From: a virus
DNA: 64,000 nt
Virus record (IMG/VR): IMGVR_UViG_3300034139_000007
Span: 1-64,000 of that record
Direction: 5' to 3' (one strand)
The notes beneath the pieces were generated by a model that worked only from the letters and a program-made list of their open reading frames with translations, ran no database searches and had not been told where the DNA came from. The position numbers and the translations under genes are program-made. Every line of letters begins with the position of its first letter. Position 1 is the stretch's first letter. Positions 1-9,047 of this stretch are shown piece after piece.

Positions 1-18
1 CCAGTGCTTGAGCTAGAG

Positions 19-51
19 CTGCGCGCCCACTACCAGTGGGCGCGCAGTTTT
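19..51 (+). terminator. Rho-independent terminator upstream of tail chaperone
   Basis: 13-bp stem CTGCGCGCCCACT/AGTGGGCGCGCAG, 3-nt loop, then TTTT. Confidence 0.75.
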
Positions 52-67
52 GCATCAAGGAGCGAAC

Positions 68-532
68 ATGGAAGCGGAGACGAAGGGCACATTGCCTCCG
101 AAGGCGGATGACCGTCTGACTATTGGTTATGGAATGCCGGACGCCGAGGGCAAGCGTCCAGAGAAGGTGCTGTTCTTCAGCTTCCTTCGCCAGAACAGCC
201 TGCTGCGGTTCATCGAAGGCCCGTCGCAGGTGATCAACATGCGGGTCGATCCCGACCTGTGTGAAAACGTCCTCAAGATCCTTCTCGCGGAGAAGGGTGG
301 CCCCGGCCAGATGATCAACACGGAACTTGATGAAGAGCTGATCGACGGTGAAGACGTCGACCGGGTCATCAACTGGGTCCAGGACCACCTGACGCATTTT
401 TTCATGAAGCGGTTCCAGGAGATGGCCCAGCGCGCCGCAACCCTGGAACCGACAGCGAAGGCCCTAGCGTCGTCAGCAGTTGGCTCGGGAGCATCGGCTT
501 CCTTGACAGCTGCTGCTGGGCCTTCGGACTAG
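68..532 (+). CDS. Tail assembly chaperone (lambda gpG-like)
   Basis: AAGGAG RBS before ATG 68; lies just upstream of tape measure gene; contains slippery T TTT TTC. Confidence 0.75.
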   Translation: MEAETKGTLPPKADDRLTIGYGMPDAEGKRPEKVLFFSFLRQNSLLRFIEGPSQVINMRVDPDLCENVLKILLAEKGGPGQMINTELDEELIDGEDVDRVINWVQDHLTHFFMKRFQEMAQRAATLEPTAKALASSAVGSGASASLTAAAGPSD

Positions 533-789
533 TACCCAGCCAGCTCTACGAACTCTACTCTGAGGTAAGCTACAACGATCTGAAGACGAAGATCCGGCTC
601 AAGACCGGGGAGAAGTTGGCCGATGTTCAACAGGCCCACGAGACCCTGGTCATTGTGATCTCCCGCGCCCTTGGTGGTGGGAAGTCGCAGGACGGATGGA
701 CGCCGCCTCCCAAGGCTGATCCGCGTACCGCGCCCAAGACGGCAGAGGAACTAGAGGCTGTGTTGAGCAGGGCGTTGAGCGGACGGTAG
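397..789 (+). other. -1 programmed frameshift site (397-403) and gpGT-like extension
   Basis: In-frame T TTT TTC heptamer; -1 frame is open without an early ATG to TAG at 787-789, ending 4 nt before the TMP start. Confidence 0.75.
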
Positions 790-793
790 TTAG

Positions 794-3700
794 ATGGTTG
801 ATGGTCCTCAGAAGGTTGGCATTCAGGCCGAGCTGGACGCCTCGCAGGTTAAGACCGGCGCGGCGGGTGCAGCTCAGGCCCTGCGTGACCTGCTGGGTCT
901 CGTCAACCAGCTCGAAAGCCAGACGCGATCCCTGTTTACGGGGCAGTCGGGTCAGCTCAATCGACAACTGTCGGACCTGACCCGGCAGCTTCAGGACATC
1001 CAACGTCTGCCGCTTCAGGCCGCCCAGGTCGGGCGTCTGAACCGGCAGATCGCGGGTGGCGGCGGCAGCACGTCCGCCAACAACGCCGCCATGAGCGGCG
1101 TGATGGCCAACATCCGCACCGACCCAGCCCTCCAGAACCTGAAGGTCGAGGGAGAGCTGAACAAGGTCCTGGCCGCCCGTGCCGAGATCTATCGCCGCGT
1201 CCGCGAGGCCCTGCCGGATGGAGCCACTGCGCTGCGCACCAGCCAGGCCTACCGGCAGGCCCTGGCCACAATCGGCGACATGCCCGAGCGCGGCACCGAG
1301 GCCTACCGCACCTGGCAGAAGCGGACCCTGAGCGAGGTCCACAGCTTCGAGAAGGACTGGACCCGCATGGCGGGCATGGAGCAGGAGAAGCGCCAGCGCG
1401 AACAGCTGCGCATCACCCGCGAGACCATGACCAGCGAGCAGCGTCTGGCCCGGGAACACCAGCGCGAGATGACCCGGCTGTTCCGTCGGGACATGAACGG
1501 CGTGATGACGGGGGCCACCCCCGAACAGCGTCGCGCCATGGCGGGTGAGAGCGTCGGTCGTATGCGCGACTACGCTGGTCGTCGGGGCATGACGGGCTTC
1601 AACGAGCAGCAGCTGCTGGAGATGTACGAGGACGCCGAGGCGCGTCGCTCCGCTCGTGACCTGACCCGCCGGCCACCCGCCGCACCGCGCGTCCCGATGA
1701 CGGACGAGCAGCGCGCTGGCCGCGCCTATCAGCAGCGTGATGCGTTCATGAACTACAACGGCGGGGCCAACCGACTGGCCTCCCGCTTCCAGTTCGTCGG
1801 CGACTTCGCCGCCGTCGGTGCCGTCATGGGCACCGCGATGTACGCTGGCCGCTCGACCGTTCAGCTCCAGACCGAGCTGAAGAACCTGCAGGCCATCACG
1901 AAGTCCACGGACAGCGAGATGAAGAGCCTACAGGGCACCATCTTCGCCGTCGGTCAGACGACCAAGTACTCGACGACCCAGATCGCCGAGGCCGCCACCG
2001 TCATGGGTCAGGCGGGCTACAGTGCTGCCCAGATCAAGGAAGCCCTGCCTGCTATCGCCAACCTGGCCACGGCGGCAGGTGGAGACCTGGCCGACACCGT
2101 TTCGACCGTCACCTCGGTCCTGTCGATCTACGATATGTCCATCGACCGCACGGTCACCGTCTCGAACCAGCTGGCCGAAGCCCTGAACGGGTCGAAGCTG
2201 TCGTTCCAGCAGCTGAGCCTGGGTCTCCAGTACGCCGGTAACGTCGCCGCCGACGGTGGCGTCCAGTTCGAAGAGCTGACCGCTGCCCTGGGTGCCATGT
2301 CCAACGCGGGCATCCGCTCCGGCTCCACCCTCGGCACCGGCCTGCGCGCACTGGTCCAGGAGCTGGAGAACCCGAACGACAAGTTCATCGAGTGGCTGCG
2401 CAGCGTTGGCCTGACCGCTGACGACGTGGACATTCGCACGCAAGGCCTGGCCGGTGCGCTGAACAACCTGACCGCCAAGAGCTTCGACAGCGGCACGGCG
2501 ATGAACATGTTCGAGATCCGGGCTGCCTCGGCCTTCTCGGCCCTGTCGAACAACATCGACGTCATGACCGAGCTTGAGCAGGACATGCAGAACACCACCG
2601 CCGCGACTGATGCGGCGGGCACGCAGATGGAGACCGTGCAGGCCCAGGCCACCCGGATGGGCAACGCCCTGACCGAGCTGACCACCGTGGCCGGCGCTCC
2701 TCTGCTGGCGTTCCTGCAAGGGGCCATCGGTGCCCTTGCCAGCATGATGTCGGCCATGGCCGGGGCAGGACCGATCATCCAGGTCGTCACGACCGCACTG
2801 GCCTTCATGATCGCGCTGGGCGTCGGCAAGTGGCTGCTGACCATGGCCGCTGGCTTCGTAGGCCTCACACCCGCGCTCCTGCGCGCCCAGGTCGGCATGG
2901 TCGCCCTGAACTTCCAGGTCGGGGGCTTCAGCGCCGTGGCCGGTCTGGCAACGCAGAGCATCAAGGCCCTCACGCTCGCCCTGCTGGCCTCGCCACTGGG
3001 CCTGATCACGGTCGCCATGACCGCGTTGGTGACGATCTTCACTCTGCACGAGGCCGCCGCCGCCCGGTCCGCCGAGAAGCTGGATGAGTGGCGCACGAAG
3101 GCCAATGCCGCCGCCGCTGAGAGCCAGAAGTTCGGCGACCGGGTCGAGGAGCTGGGCACCTTCATGGAGATGGTCGCCGCGCGATCCAACTCCCTGGCCA
3201 GTGAGAGCGCCTTTGCCGGTCAGATGGCCGAGACCGCCGCTGCCAAGTTCGCTGAATGGGGCCTGGTTCTGGAAGGCAACATCACGACCGTGGACCAGCT
3301 GATCGAGAAGCTGGCCACCCTGTCGAACGAGCAGGCTACTGCGGCCCTGAACCAGAAGGAACTGGAGAAGGAAGCCAAGATCGGCGAGCGCGACACCCTC
3401 GCGGGTGAACGTCCGTGGGCTGAAGCCCGCCGCAAGAACATCCTGTGGCAGAGCAGCGTCGCCCGTTACGAGCAGCTGGGCCAAGGCTCGATGGAGCAGT
3501 CGATTACGCCTGCGATGCGGGGTCTTCTCGACAAGATGCAGCGTGGTCCGCTCACCCAGTTTGAGCGTGACCGCCTGTCTGGCATGATCCGGGCACAACT
3601 GCCCCGGATGGCCGCCACACCTCGTCGGGGTGCGCAGGAGCTTCTGAACCAGCTGAACGGCGAGACCATCAACTCGCTCTTCCAAGTCAACGGCCAGATC

Positions 3701-6454
3701 GAGCGTCTGGACCGGGACATCTCCACGCTGCGGGTCGGTGCGTCGCCTCAAATGCAGGCCGCCCAGGTCTATGGCAACCGCCAGCAGCGGGACACTGCTG
3801 AGCGCCAGCAGGGTATCGCCCGCACCGACGACCCCGCCGCCCGCGTCGGACTGGCCGCCACCGAGCAGCGCCGAAACCAGGCCCTGTCCCAGCAGAACGA
3901 CGTCTTCCTGGGCAACCTGGCTGACCAGATGCTGCGGAACGATCCCTCCATCGCGCAGGGGCTGTCCGAGCGTGCCCGCCTGTCTGGCACCAGCGTCCGA
4001 GATCTGCTGATCGCTCAGATGCGCCGCCAGTCCCCCGGCTACGGTCGCACCAGCCTGCTGGCGGGTGACGACGATGCCCTCGACACCCCCGCGGCTATCC
4101 GCTCGCGCGAGCGGATGCTCAAGGCGCAGATTGCCGACGCTGGTTCGATCTCCGACCCTGGCCGCCGTGACAGCACCCGTCAGGGGCTTCAGACCCAGCT
4201 GACCGATGTCACCCGTCGTCGCCTCGCCCTCGACAACCCGGACCTGGACGCCATCACTCTGGAGAGCATGCTCCAGGACGAGGTTGGCCGTGGTGGCGCG
4301 GACATGAACCGAACGCAGGAGACGTCGGAGCAGCGCGCCAACCGCGACCGGTCGAACACGCTCAAGCGTCAGGTCAAGACCATCGAGGGTCGGATCGAGG
4401 CGACTACTATCAACACCCGCCCGACGGCGGGAACCGCTGGGTCGCCCGATGAACAGCGGGCGATGCAGTTCCTGATGCAGAAGGGCCTGACCGCCAACCA
4501 GGCGGCGGGCATCGTCGGCAACCTGGTCGTCGAGAGCAACATGAACACCCAGGCGCTGGGTGACAACGGCTCGGCCTATGGCCTGGGCCAGTGGCGCTTT
4601 GATCGACAGGATGCGCTGCGCAGCTTCGCCCGCGGACGTGGCACTGAGGCGTCGGACTTCGACACTCAGATGGAGTTCCTGTGGAAGGAGGCCCAGGAGC
4701 GGGGCGACCTGGACGCCGTGCGTGGTCAGGACACCGTCGCCGGGGCTGCTGAGCAGTTCGCCCGCAAGTATGAGCGCCCCGTCGGGGCCAATGGCCCACT
4801 GAGCGAACTGGGCCACTGGGACCGCCGTCTGGCCGCCGGGAACCGCCTGGCCGGGTCCGGCTCTGTCACGGAGATCGATCAGAGCGAGCTGCAGGGCCTG
4901 CTGGACGAGTGGAAGACGACCAACATCCAGCAGATCACTGCTGAAGGCCGTGCCGCCAACATCTCGGATGCCGAGATGCAGGAGCGCCTGGCTGACTTCG
5001 AGGTCACCGCGCAGGAGTATTTCAACGACGTCCTGACCGGTAACGCGACGAAGATGAAGCAGCTGCTGGCTGACGCCAGTGAGCGGTCCGCCGACGGCTA
5101 TGCGGCCCAGATGCAATCGACCCTGCGCGTCGGCGGCAAGGATCTGGACGAGGCCATCGCCGAGATCCAGGCGGGTTACAACGTCGCCGTCGAAGCAGCC
5201 CTTGAGGCGTCTGATGCCGAGTTCCGTGCTAAGGACCCGGGCGTCGATCCGTCGATCTCGGCAGAGGCTGGCGATGCCCGCCGCGAGATCCAGGACAACT
5301 TCGCCCAGAAGATCGTCGACAGCACCCTGGCCGCCATCGACGCCTTCTTCGAGGGTGAGGCCGAGCGCGCGGCCAACGAGGTAGATCGGCTCCGTCTGGG
5401 CATCGAGCGCGAAAGCGCGATGGACAGCCGCATCGACAACGCCAATGGCTCGCGTCGGATCGGCAACGTCCAGCGCGCCCTGGCTGGTCGCCGGGGCGAG
5501 GAGCGCGGCATCCGCTCGGGCGGCGTCGATGTCTATGAGGCCCAGGGCAACTACGACCGGGCCGTCGCCGAGCAGCGCCGACTGGAGGAGGAGCGTGCTG
5601 CCACCACCAGCGAGGAGGGGCGCACCGCCCTGGACGAGCGGCTGGCCGTGGCTAATGCCAACGTCCAGGACATGGCCGACGCTATGGAGCGGGCGCAGAA
5701 CGCCTTCGAGGCCATGGCCGGGGAGGCCCCGCAGTTCACCAGCTTCACCCAGGCCTGGCAGGGTGCGATGGCTGTGTTCGCCGATCAGGCGGGCCTGACG
5801 AAGGGTGTCTTCGAGGACATGTCGGACGGCATGCTCAATGCCCTGAACGCCACCAAGGACGGCTTCAAGACCATGGTCATGGACGTGGCCACGGGGACGA
5901 AGACGATGGGTGGAGCCTTCAAGGACTTCACCATGACCATCCTGCAGAGCCTGCTGGACATGGCCGCCGAGATCATGACCAAGCAGGCCCTGATCTGGAT
6001 CATGAAGTTCGTGATGCAGCAGACGGGTGGGAGCGAGGGCAACTTCGCCTTCCTCGCCGACTATCTCCCCACGCCCGGCAAGAAGGCCTGGCACGGCGGC
6101 CCGATCCGCATGGCCGGCGGTGGCCGCATCCCCGGCACCGACAGCTCGCGCGACAGCGTCCTGATCAACGCCATGCCGGGCGAGGTGATGATGTCGAAGT
6201 CTGCCGTGGACATGGTCGGCGAAGAGAACTTGCTGGCCATGAATGCCCGTGCCAATAGCCGGGTCAGCAAGATGCCCAGCATGGCCGACGCGCTCTCCGC
6301 GCGTCAGCCGGACGAGGTCAATGTCTGGGTCGTGGCACCCGAGAAGCGCCCTGCGATGGGCAAGAAGGATGTCGTGGCGATCATGACCGAGGATATGATG
6401 ACCGGCGGGCAGACGAAGCAGCTGATCAAGGCCATCGCGGTGGGAGGTCTCTAA
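794..6454 (+). CDS. Tail tape measure protein with internal phage-tail lysozyme-like domain
   Basis: 1886 aa, Ala/Gln-rich helical, TP901-type core (TTKYSTTQIAEA..GQAG), hydrophobic mid-section, GLTANQAAGIVGNLVVES..GLGQW..YERP at about 4463-4850. Confidence 0.93.
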   Translation: MVDGPQKVGIQAELDASQVKTGAAGAAQALRDLLGLVNQLESQTRSLFTGQSGQLNRQLSDLTRQLQDIQRLPLQAAQVGRLNRQIAGGGGSTSANNAAMSGVMANIRTDPALQNLKVEGELNKVLAARAEIYRRVREALPDGATALRTSQAYRQALATIGDMPERGTEAYRTWQKRTLSEVHSFEKDWTRMAGMEQEKRQREQLRITRETMTSEQRLAREHQREMTRLFRRDMNGVMTGATPEQRRAMAGESVGRMRDYAGRRGMTGFNEQQLLEMYEDAEARRSARDLTRRPPAAPRVPMTDEQRAGRAYQQRDAFMNYNGGANRLASRFQFVGDFAAVGAVMGTAMYAGRSTVQLQTELKNLQAITKSTDSEMKSLQGTIFAVGQTTKYSTTQIAEAATVMGQAGYSAAQIKEALPAIANLATAAGGDLADTVSTVTSVLSIYDMSIDRTVTVSNQLAEALNGSKLSFQQLSLGLQYAGNVAADGGVQFEELTAALGAMSNAGIRSGSTLGTGLRALVQELENPNDKFIEWLRSVGLTADDVDIRTQGLAGALNNLTAKSFDSGTAMNMFEIRAASAFSALSNNIDVMTELEQDMQNTTAATDAAGTQMETVQAQATRMGNALTELTTVAGAPLLAFLQGAIGALASMMSAMAGAGPIIQVVTTALAFMIALGVGKWLLTMAAGFVGLTPALLRAQVGMVALNFQVGGFSAVAGLATQSIKALTLALLASPLGLITVAMTALVTIFTLHEAAAARSAEKLDEWRTKANAAAAESQKFGDRVEELGTFMEMVAARSNSLASESAFAGQMAETAAAKFAEWGLVLEGNITTVDQLIEKLATLSNEQATAALNQKELEKEAKIGERDTLAGERPWAEARRKNILWQSSVARYEQLGQGSMEQSITPAMRGLLDKMQRGPLTQFERDRLSGMIRAQLPRMAATPRRGAQELLNQLNGETINSLFQVNGQIERLDRDISTLRVGASPQMQAAQVYGNRQQRDTAERQQGIARTDDPAARVGLAATEQRRNQALSQQNDVFLGNLADQMLRNDPSIAQGLSERARLSGTSVRDLLIAQMRRQSPGYGRTSLLAGDDDALDTPAAIRSRERMLKAQIADAGSISDPGRRDSTRQGLQTQLTDVTRRRLALDNPDLDAITLESMLQDEVGRGGADMNRTQETSEQRANRDRSNTLKRQVKTIEGRIEATTINTRPTAGTAGSPDEQRAMQFLMQKGLTANQAAGIVGNLVVESNMNTQALGDNGSAYGLGQWRFDRQDALRSFARGRGTEASDFDTQMEFLWKEAQERGDLDAVRGQDTVAGAAEQFARKYERPVGANGPLSELGHWDRRLAAGNRLAGSGSVTEIDQSELQGLLDEWKTTNIQQITAEGRAANISDAEMQERLADFEVTAQEYFNDVLTGNATKMKQLLADASERSADGYAAQMQSTLRVGGKDLDEAIAEIQAGYNVAVEAALEASDAEFRAKDPGVDPSISAEAGDARREIQDNFAQKIVDSTLAAIDAFFEGEAERAANEVDRLRLGIERESAMDSRIDNANGSRRIGNVQRALAGRRGEERGIRSGGVDVYEAQGNYDRAVAEQRRLEEERAATTSEEGRTALDERLAVANANVQDMADAMERAQNAFEAMAGEAPQFTSFTQAWQGAMAVFADQAGLTKGVFEDMSDGMLNALNATKDGFKTMVMDVATGTKTMGGAFKDFTMTILQSLLDMAAEIMTKQALIWIMKFVMQQTGGSEGNFAFLADYLPTPGKKAWHGGPIRMAGGGRIPGTDSSRDSVLINAMPGEVMMSKSAVDMVGEENLLAMNARANSRVSKMPSMADALSARQPDEVNVWVVAPEKRPAMGKKDVVAIMTEDMMTGGQTKQLIKAIAVGGL

Positions 6455-6843
6455 TGGAGACCTTCCCCTTCGTGAACCACGTCCCCACCCACGTCTATCC
6501 GAAGGGGGACAGCTTCCGTTTCGGTAAGGGCTATGAGCATTCCGCCGCACCGCAGGACCCCCTGCAGCGTCGGTTCACGCTCTCGTTCAACCTGCTGATC
6601 TGGTATCGGAACGGTGCCGGGGTGTTCGATGCCACCATCGACGTCGAGAACAACGCCCTGGCCATGGACGAGTTCTACGCCCTGCACCGCAGCCACAAGA
6701 AGTTCCTGTACGCCCACCCGGTCTACGGCACGATCATCTGCAAGTTCGCCGCCGACGCGCCTTTCGAGATGCCCCGCGGCCTGGAGGGTGGTAGTGGTGC
6801 GACCGAGGGCTTCAGCCTGGTCCTGGTCGAGCAGCCGCTGTGA
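6454..6843 (+). CDS. Distal/minor tail protein (lambda gpM-like)
   Basis: Position after TMP; RFGKGYE and EFY..H...KKFLY motifs; TAATG coupling. Confidence 0.7.
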   Translation: METFPFVNHVPTHVYPKGDSFRFGKGYEHSAAPQDPLQRRFTLSFNLLIWYRNGAGVFDATIDVENNALAMDEFYALHRSHKKFLYAHPVYGTIICKFAADAPFEMPRGLEGGSGATEGFSLVLVEQPL

Positions 6844-7328
6844 GCATCAACGCACCCGTCTCCCACCTAGAAGACGCCCTCAAGCTGGAGAGCGACGCCA
6901 AGATCGATCTCTTCGAGATCCGTCTCCGGGGCACGCCGACCATCTTCCGCTTCTGGAACGGCGTCACGCGCGACTGGCAGGGCGACACATACGAAGGACT
7001 GGCCAGCCAGCTCCAGGGTGAGGGCACCAGCAGCGAGGGCCAGAACAGCCGTCCGAACCTGATGGTCATCAACCCGGAGAAGATCTTCGGACCTTTCGCC
7101 GCTGAGGGCTACTTCGACCTGGCCGAGGTGGTCCGCCGGCGGGTGCTGCAGCAGCACTTCGTCGGCGACGTCAACCAGTTCGAGCAACGGGTCTGGATCG
7201 TGGGTCGCGTCGCCGCCGTGACCAGCCAGACCCTTCAGCTGGAGCTGCGGTCCACGACCGATATGCCCGCCTGGAAGACCCCACGGCGCACGTTCAGCCC
7301 TCCCGATTTTCCTTTCGTAGTAATCTAG
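6840..7328 (+). CDS. Tail tip protein (lambda gpL-like)
   Basis: IDLFEI..WQGDTY..RPNL..LELRS..D pattern; synteny. Confidence 0.7.
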   Translation: MSINAPVSHLEDALKLESDAKIDLFEIRLRGTPTIFRFWNGVTRDWQGDTYEGLASQLQGEGTSSEGQNSRPNLMVINPEKIFGPFAAEGYFDLAEVVRRRVLQQHFVGDVNQFEQRVWIVGRVAAVTSQTLQLELRSTTDMPAWKTPRRTFSPPDFPFVVI

Positions 7329-7330
7329 TA

Positions 7331-7711
7331 GTGCCCTCCCTAGAGATACAACGGCGTCAGGCCTTTAGAGAGAAGTTCCCCGAGCTTGCTGCTCTGAGAG
7401 CCGGGGTCAACAAACGGATCTACAAGGAAAGCCAGAGGGCGAACCAGCGACGGCGCTATGCTGCGAACCCAGCCAAATATCTGGAGCGGTGGTATCGTCG
7501 AGAGGGTCGTCTGAAGCAGGCGTCTTGGGAGCATGAGCGTTCAGGGATTGACGACTTTTATAGAAATCGCCCAGAGGGTCATGAAGCGGATCATGAGATC
7601 CCACTCCACCACCCTTTGGTCTGCGGCCTGCACTGCTTGGCCAATCTTCAATATCTGACAGTCGAAGATAACCGCCGGAAGGGCAACACCTGGGTTCCAG
7701 AATGGCTTTGA
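7331..7711 (+). CDS. HNH endonuclease (probable homing endonuclease)
   Basis: HEADHEIPL..VCGLH..NLQYLT..DNRRKGN; lower GC than flanking genes. Confidence 0.85.
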   Translation: MPSLEIQRRQAFREKFPELAALRAGVNKRIYKESQRANQRRRYAANPAKYLERWYRREGRLKQASWEHERSGIDDFYRNRPEGHEADHEIPLHHPLVCGLHCLANLQYLTVEDNRRKGNTWVPEWL

Positions 7712-8226
7712 AAATCAACCACTTGCTGGGTCTCGACTTCGACATCGAGAAGCAGAACTGTTACACGATCATTCGTCAGTTCTACTTCGACAACTATGGC
7801 ATCGAGCTGACGGATTACGCCTGCCCGACCAACTGGTGGAAGTCCGAACTGGACCTCTACGCCAAGCTGGCGTCGGTCGAGGGCTTCGAAATCTTGAACT
7901 GCCACCCACGAGACTATCGCCAGGGCGACATCATCATTTGCGCGATCCAGTCATCTACTGGAAATCACGCAGCATTGGTCCTCGACAGCGGGGAGATTTT
8001 GCATCATCTGGTGGGCCAACGATCCGCGATCACGCCCTACGGCGGCCTGTTCAGGAACACCACCATTGGCGTCTACCGGCACCGCGAGGTCGCCAAGCTG
8101 ACGCCCGAGAAGCATCTGCTGGATGTAAGGGAAGTTCTTCCGCCACATGTCCGACGTCGATTGGAAGAACTCGAAGCCGCTAAACGCCCTCCTGCTGGAG
8201 AAGCTGGGGGAGCCGGACACGCCTGA
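7702..8226 (+). CDS. NlpC/P60 tail protein (gpK C-terminal domain-like)
   Basis: NCYTIIRQFY, GDIII, NHAAL, ILHH. Confidence 0.85.
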   Translation: MALKINHLLGLDFDIEKQNCYTIIRQFYFDNYGIELTDYACPTNWWKSELDLYAKLASVEGFEILNCHPRDYRQGDIIICAIQSSTGNHAALVLDSGEILHHLVGQRSAITPYGGLFRNTTIGVYRHREVAKLTPEKHLLDVREVLPPHVRRRLEELEAAKRPPAGEAGGAGHA

Positions 8227-8503
8227 GCGTGGCGGCTTCGTGATGAAGGACGGCTCCCTGATGGAGCTGGAGAACCGCTCCACGACCCCCAACGAGGGCG
8301 CGATCCTCGACATGCAGCCGGACCAGCTGGCGCTCCTGAGCGACGCCGTGGCCACCTGGCACACCCACCCTGGCGCGACCTCGAACCTGTCGGTCGGTGA
8401 CAACGACACCTTCACGAGCTGGCCCGCGCTCCTGCACGTCATCGTCGGCACCGACGGACCACGCTGGTACGGCGTGAAGAACGGGGCGGTTGTGAATGCG
8501 TAG
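8147..8503 (+). CDS. JAB/MPN-domain tail protein (gpK N-terminal domain-like)
   Basis: ERGGFV..WHTHP..LSVGD JAMM motif. Confidence 0.85.
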   Translation: MSDVDWKNSKPLNALLLEKLGEPDTPERGGFVMKDGSLMELENRSTTPNEGAILDMQPDQLALLSDAVATWHTHPGATSNLSVGDNDTFTSWPALLHVIVGTDGPRWYGVKNGAVVNA

Positions 8504-9047
8504 AGTTGTGCATCTCCACGGCAAGTTCGCCGCCTATCACGACGGCCCTATCGAGATCATCGCTTCCACCATCTGGGAGGTGATCGAGGCTGTGTCGCTC
8601 CAGGTCCGGGGCTTCGCTCCGGGGCTGGACGGTCATCAGCGCGTCCAGGTGGCGGGCTTCTCGACCTTCGAGGACCTGAAGCGTCGGGACACCCAGACCG
8701 TCGACATTCACATCTTCCCCGCACTGGCTTTCGGCAAGGAGGGTGGCCTGATCCAGACCATCATCGGCACCGTGCTGGTCGTGGCCTCCTTCCTGCTGCC
8801 CGCTGGTCCCTGGACACCCATGCTGATGAGCACCGGTATCACGATGATCATCGGGGGCGTCATGCAGATGCTGTCGCCGGTGCCGCAGCTTAACTCCGGC
8901 AACGAGAGTGAGCAGCGATCCAAGTACCTGCCCAGTAGCCAGAACACGGTGGCCATCGGCACGCCGATCCCGCTGCTCTATGGCCGATACCGCGTGGGCG
9001 GCCACATCCTGTCCCTGAACATCGACGCTACGGACACGGGGATCTGA
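8496..9047 (+). CDS. Tail assembly protein (lambda gpI-like)
   Basis: VHLHG N-terminus, IHIFP, hydrophobic hairpin, NTVAIGTPIPLLYG..VGG. Confidence 0.85.
   Translation: MRRVVHLHGKFAAYHDGPIEIIASTIWEVIEAVSLQVRGFAPGLDGHQRVQVAGFSTFEDLKRRDTQTVDIHIFPALAFGKEGGLIQTIIGTVLVVASFLLPAGPWTPMLMSTGITMIIGGVMQMLSPVPQLNSGNESEQRSKYLPSSQNTVAIGTPIPLLYGRYRVGGHILSLNIDATDTGI

Noticed and set aside
7322-7964. Partial motif B matches at 7322 (AATCTAGTAGTGC) and 7952 (CATCTACTGGAAA)
   Set aside because: Two or more mismatches; the second is inside a CDS; could be chance
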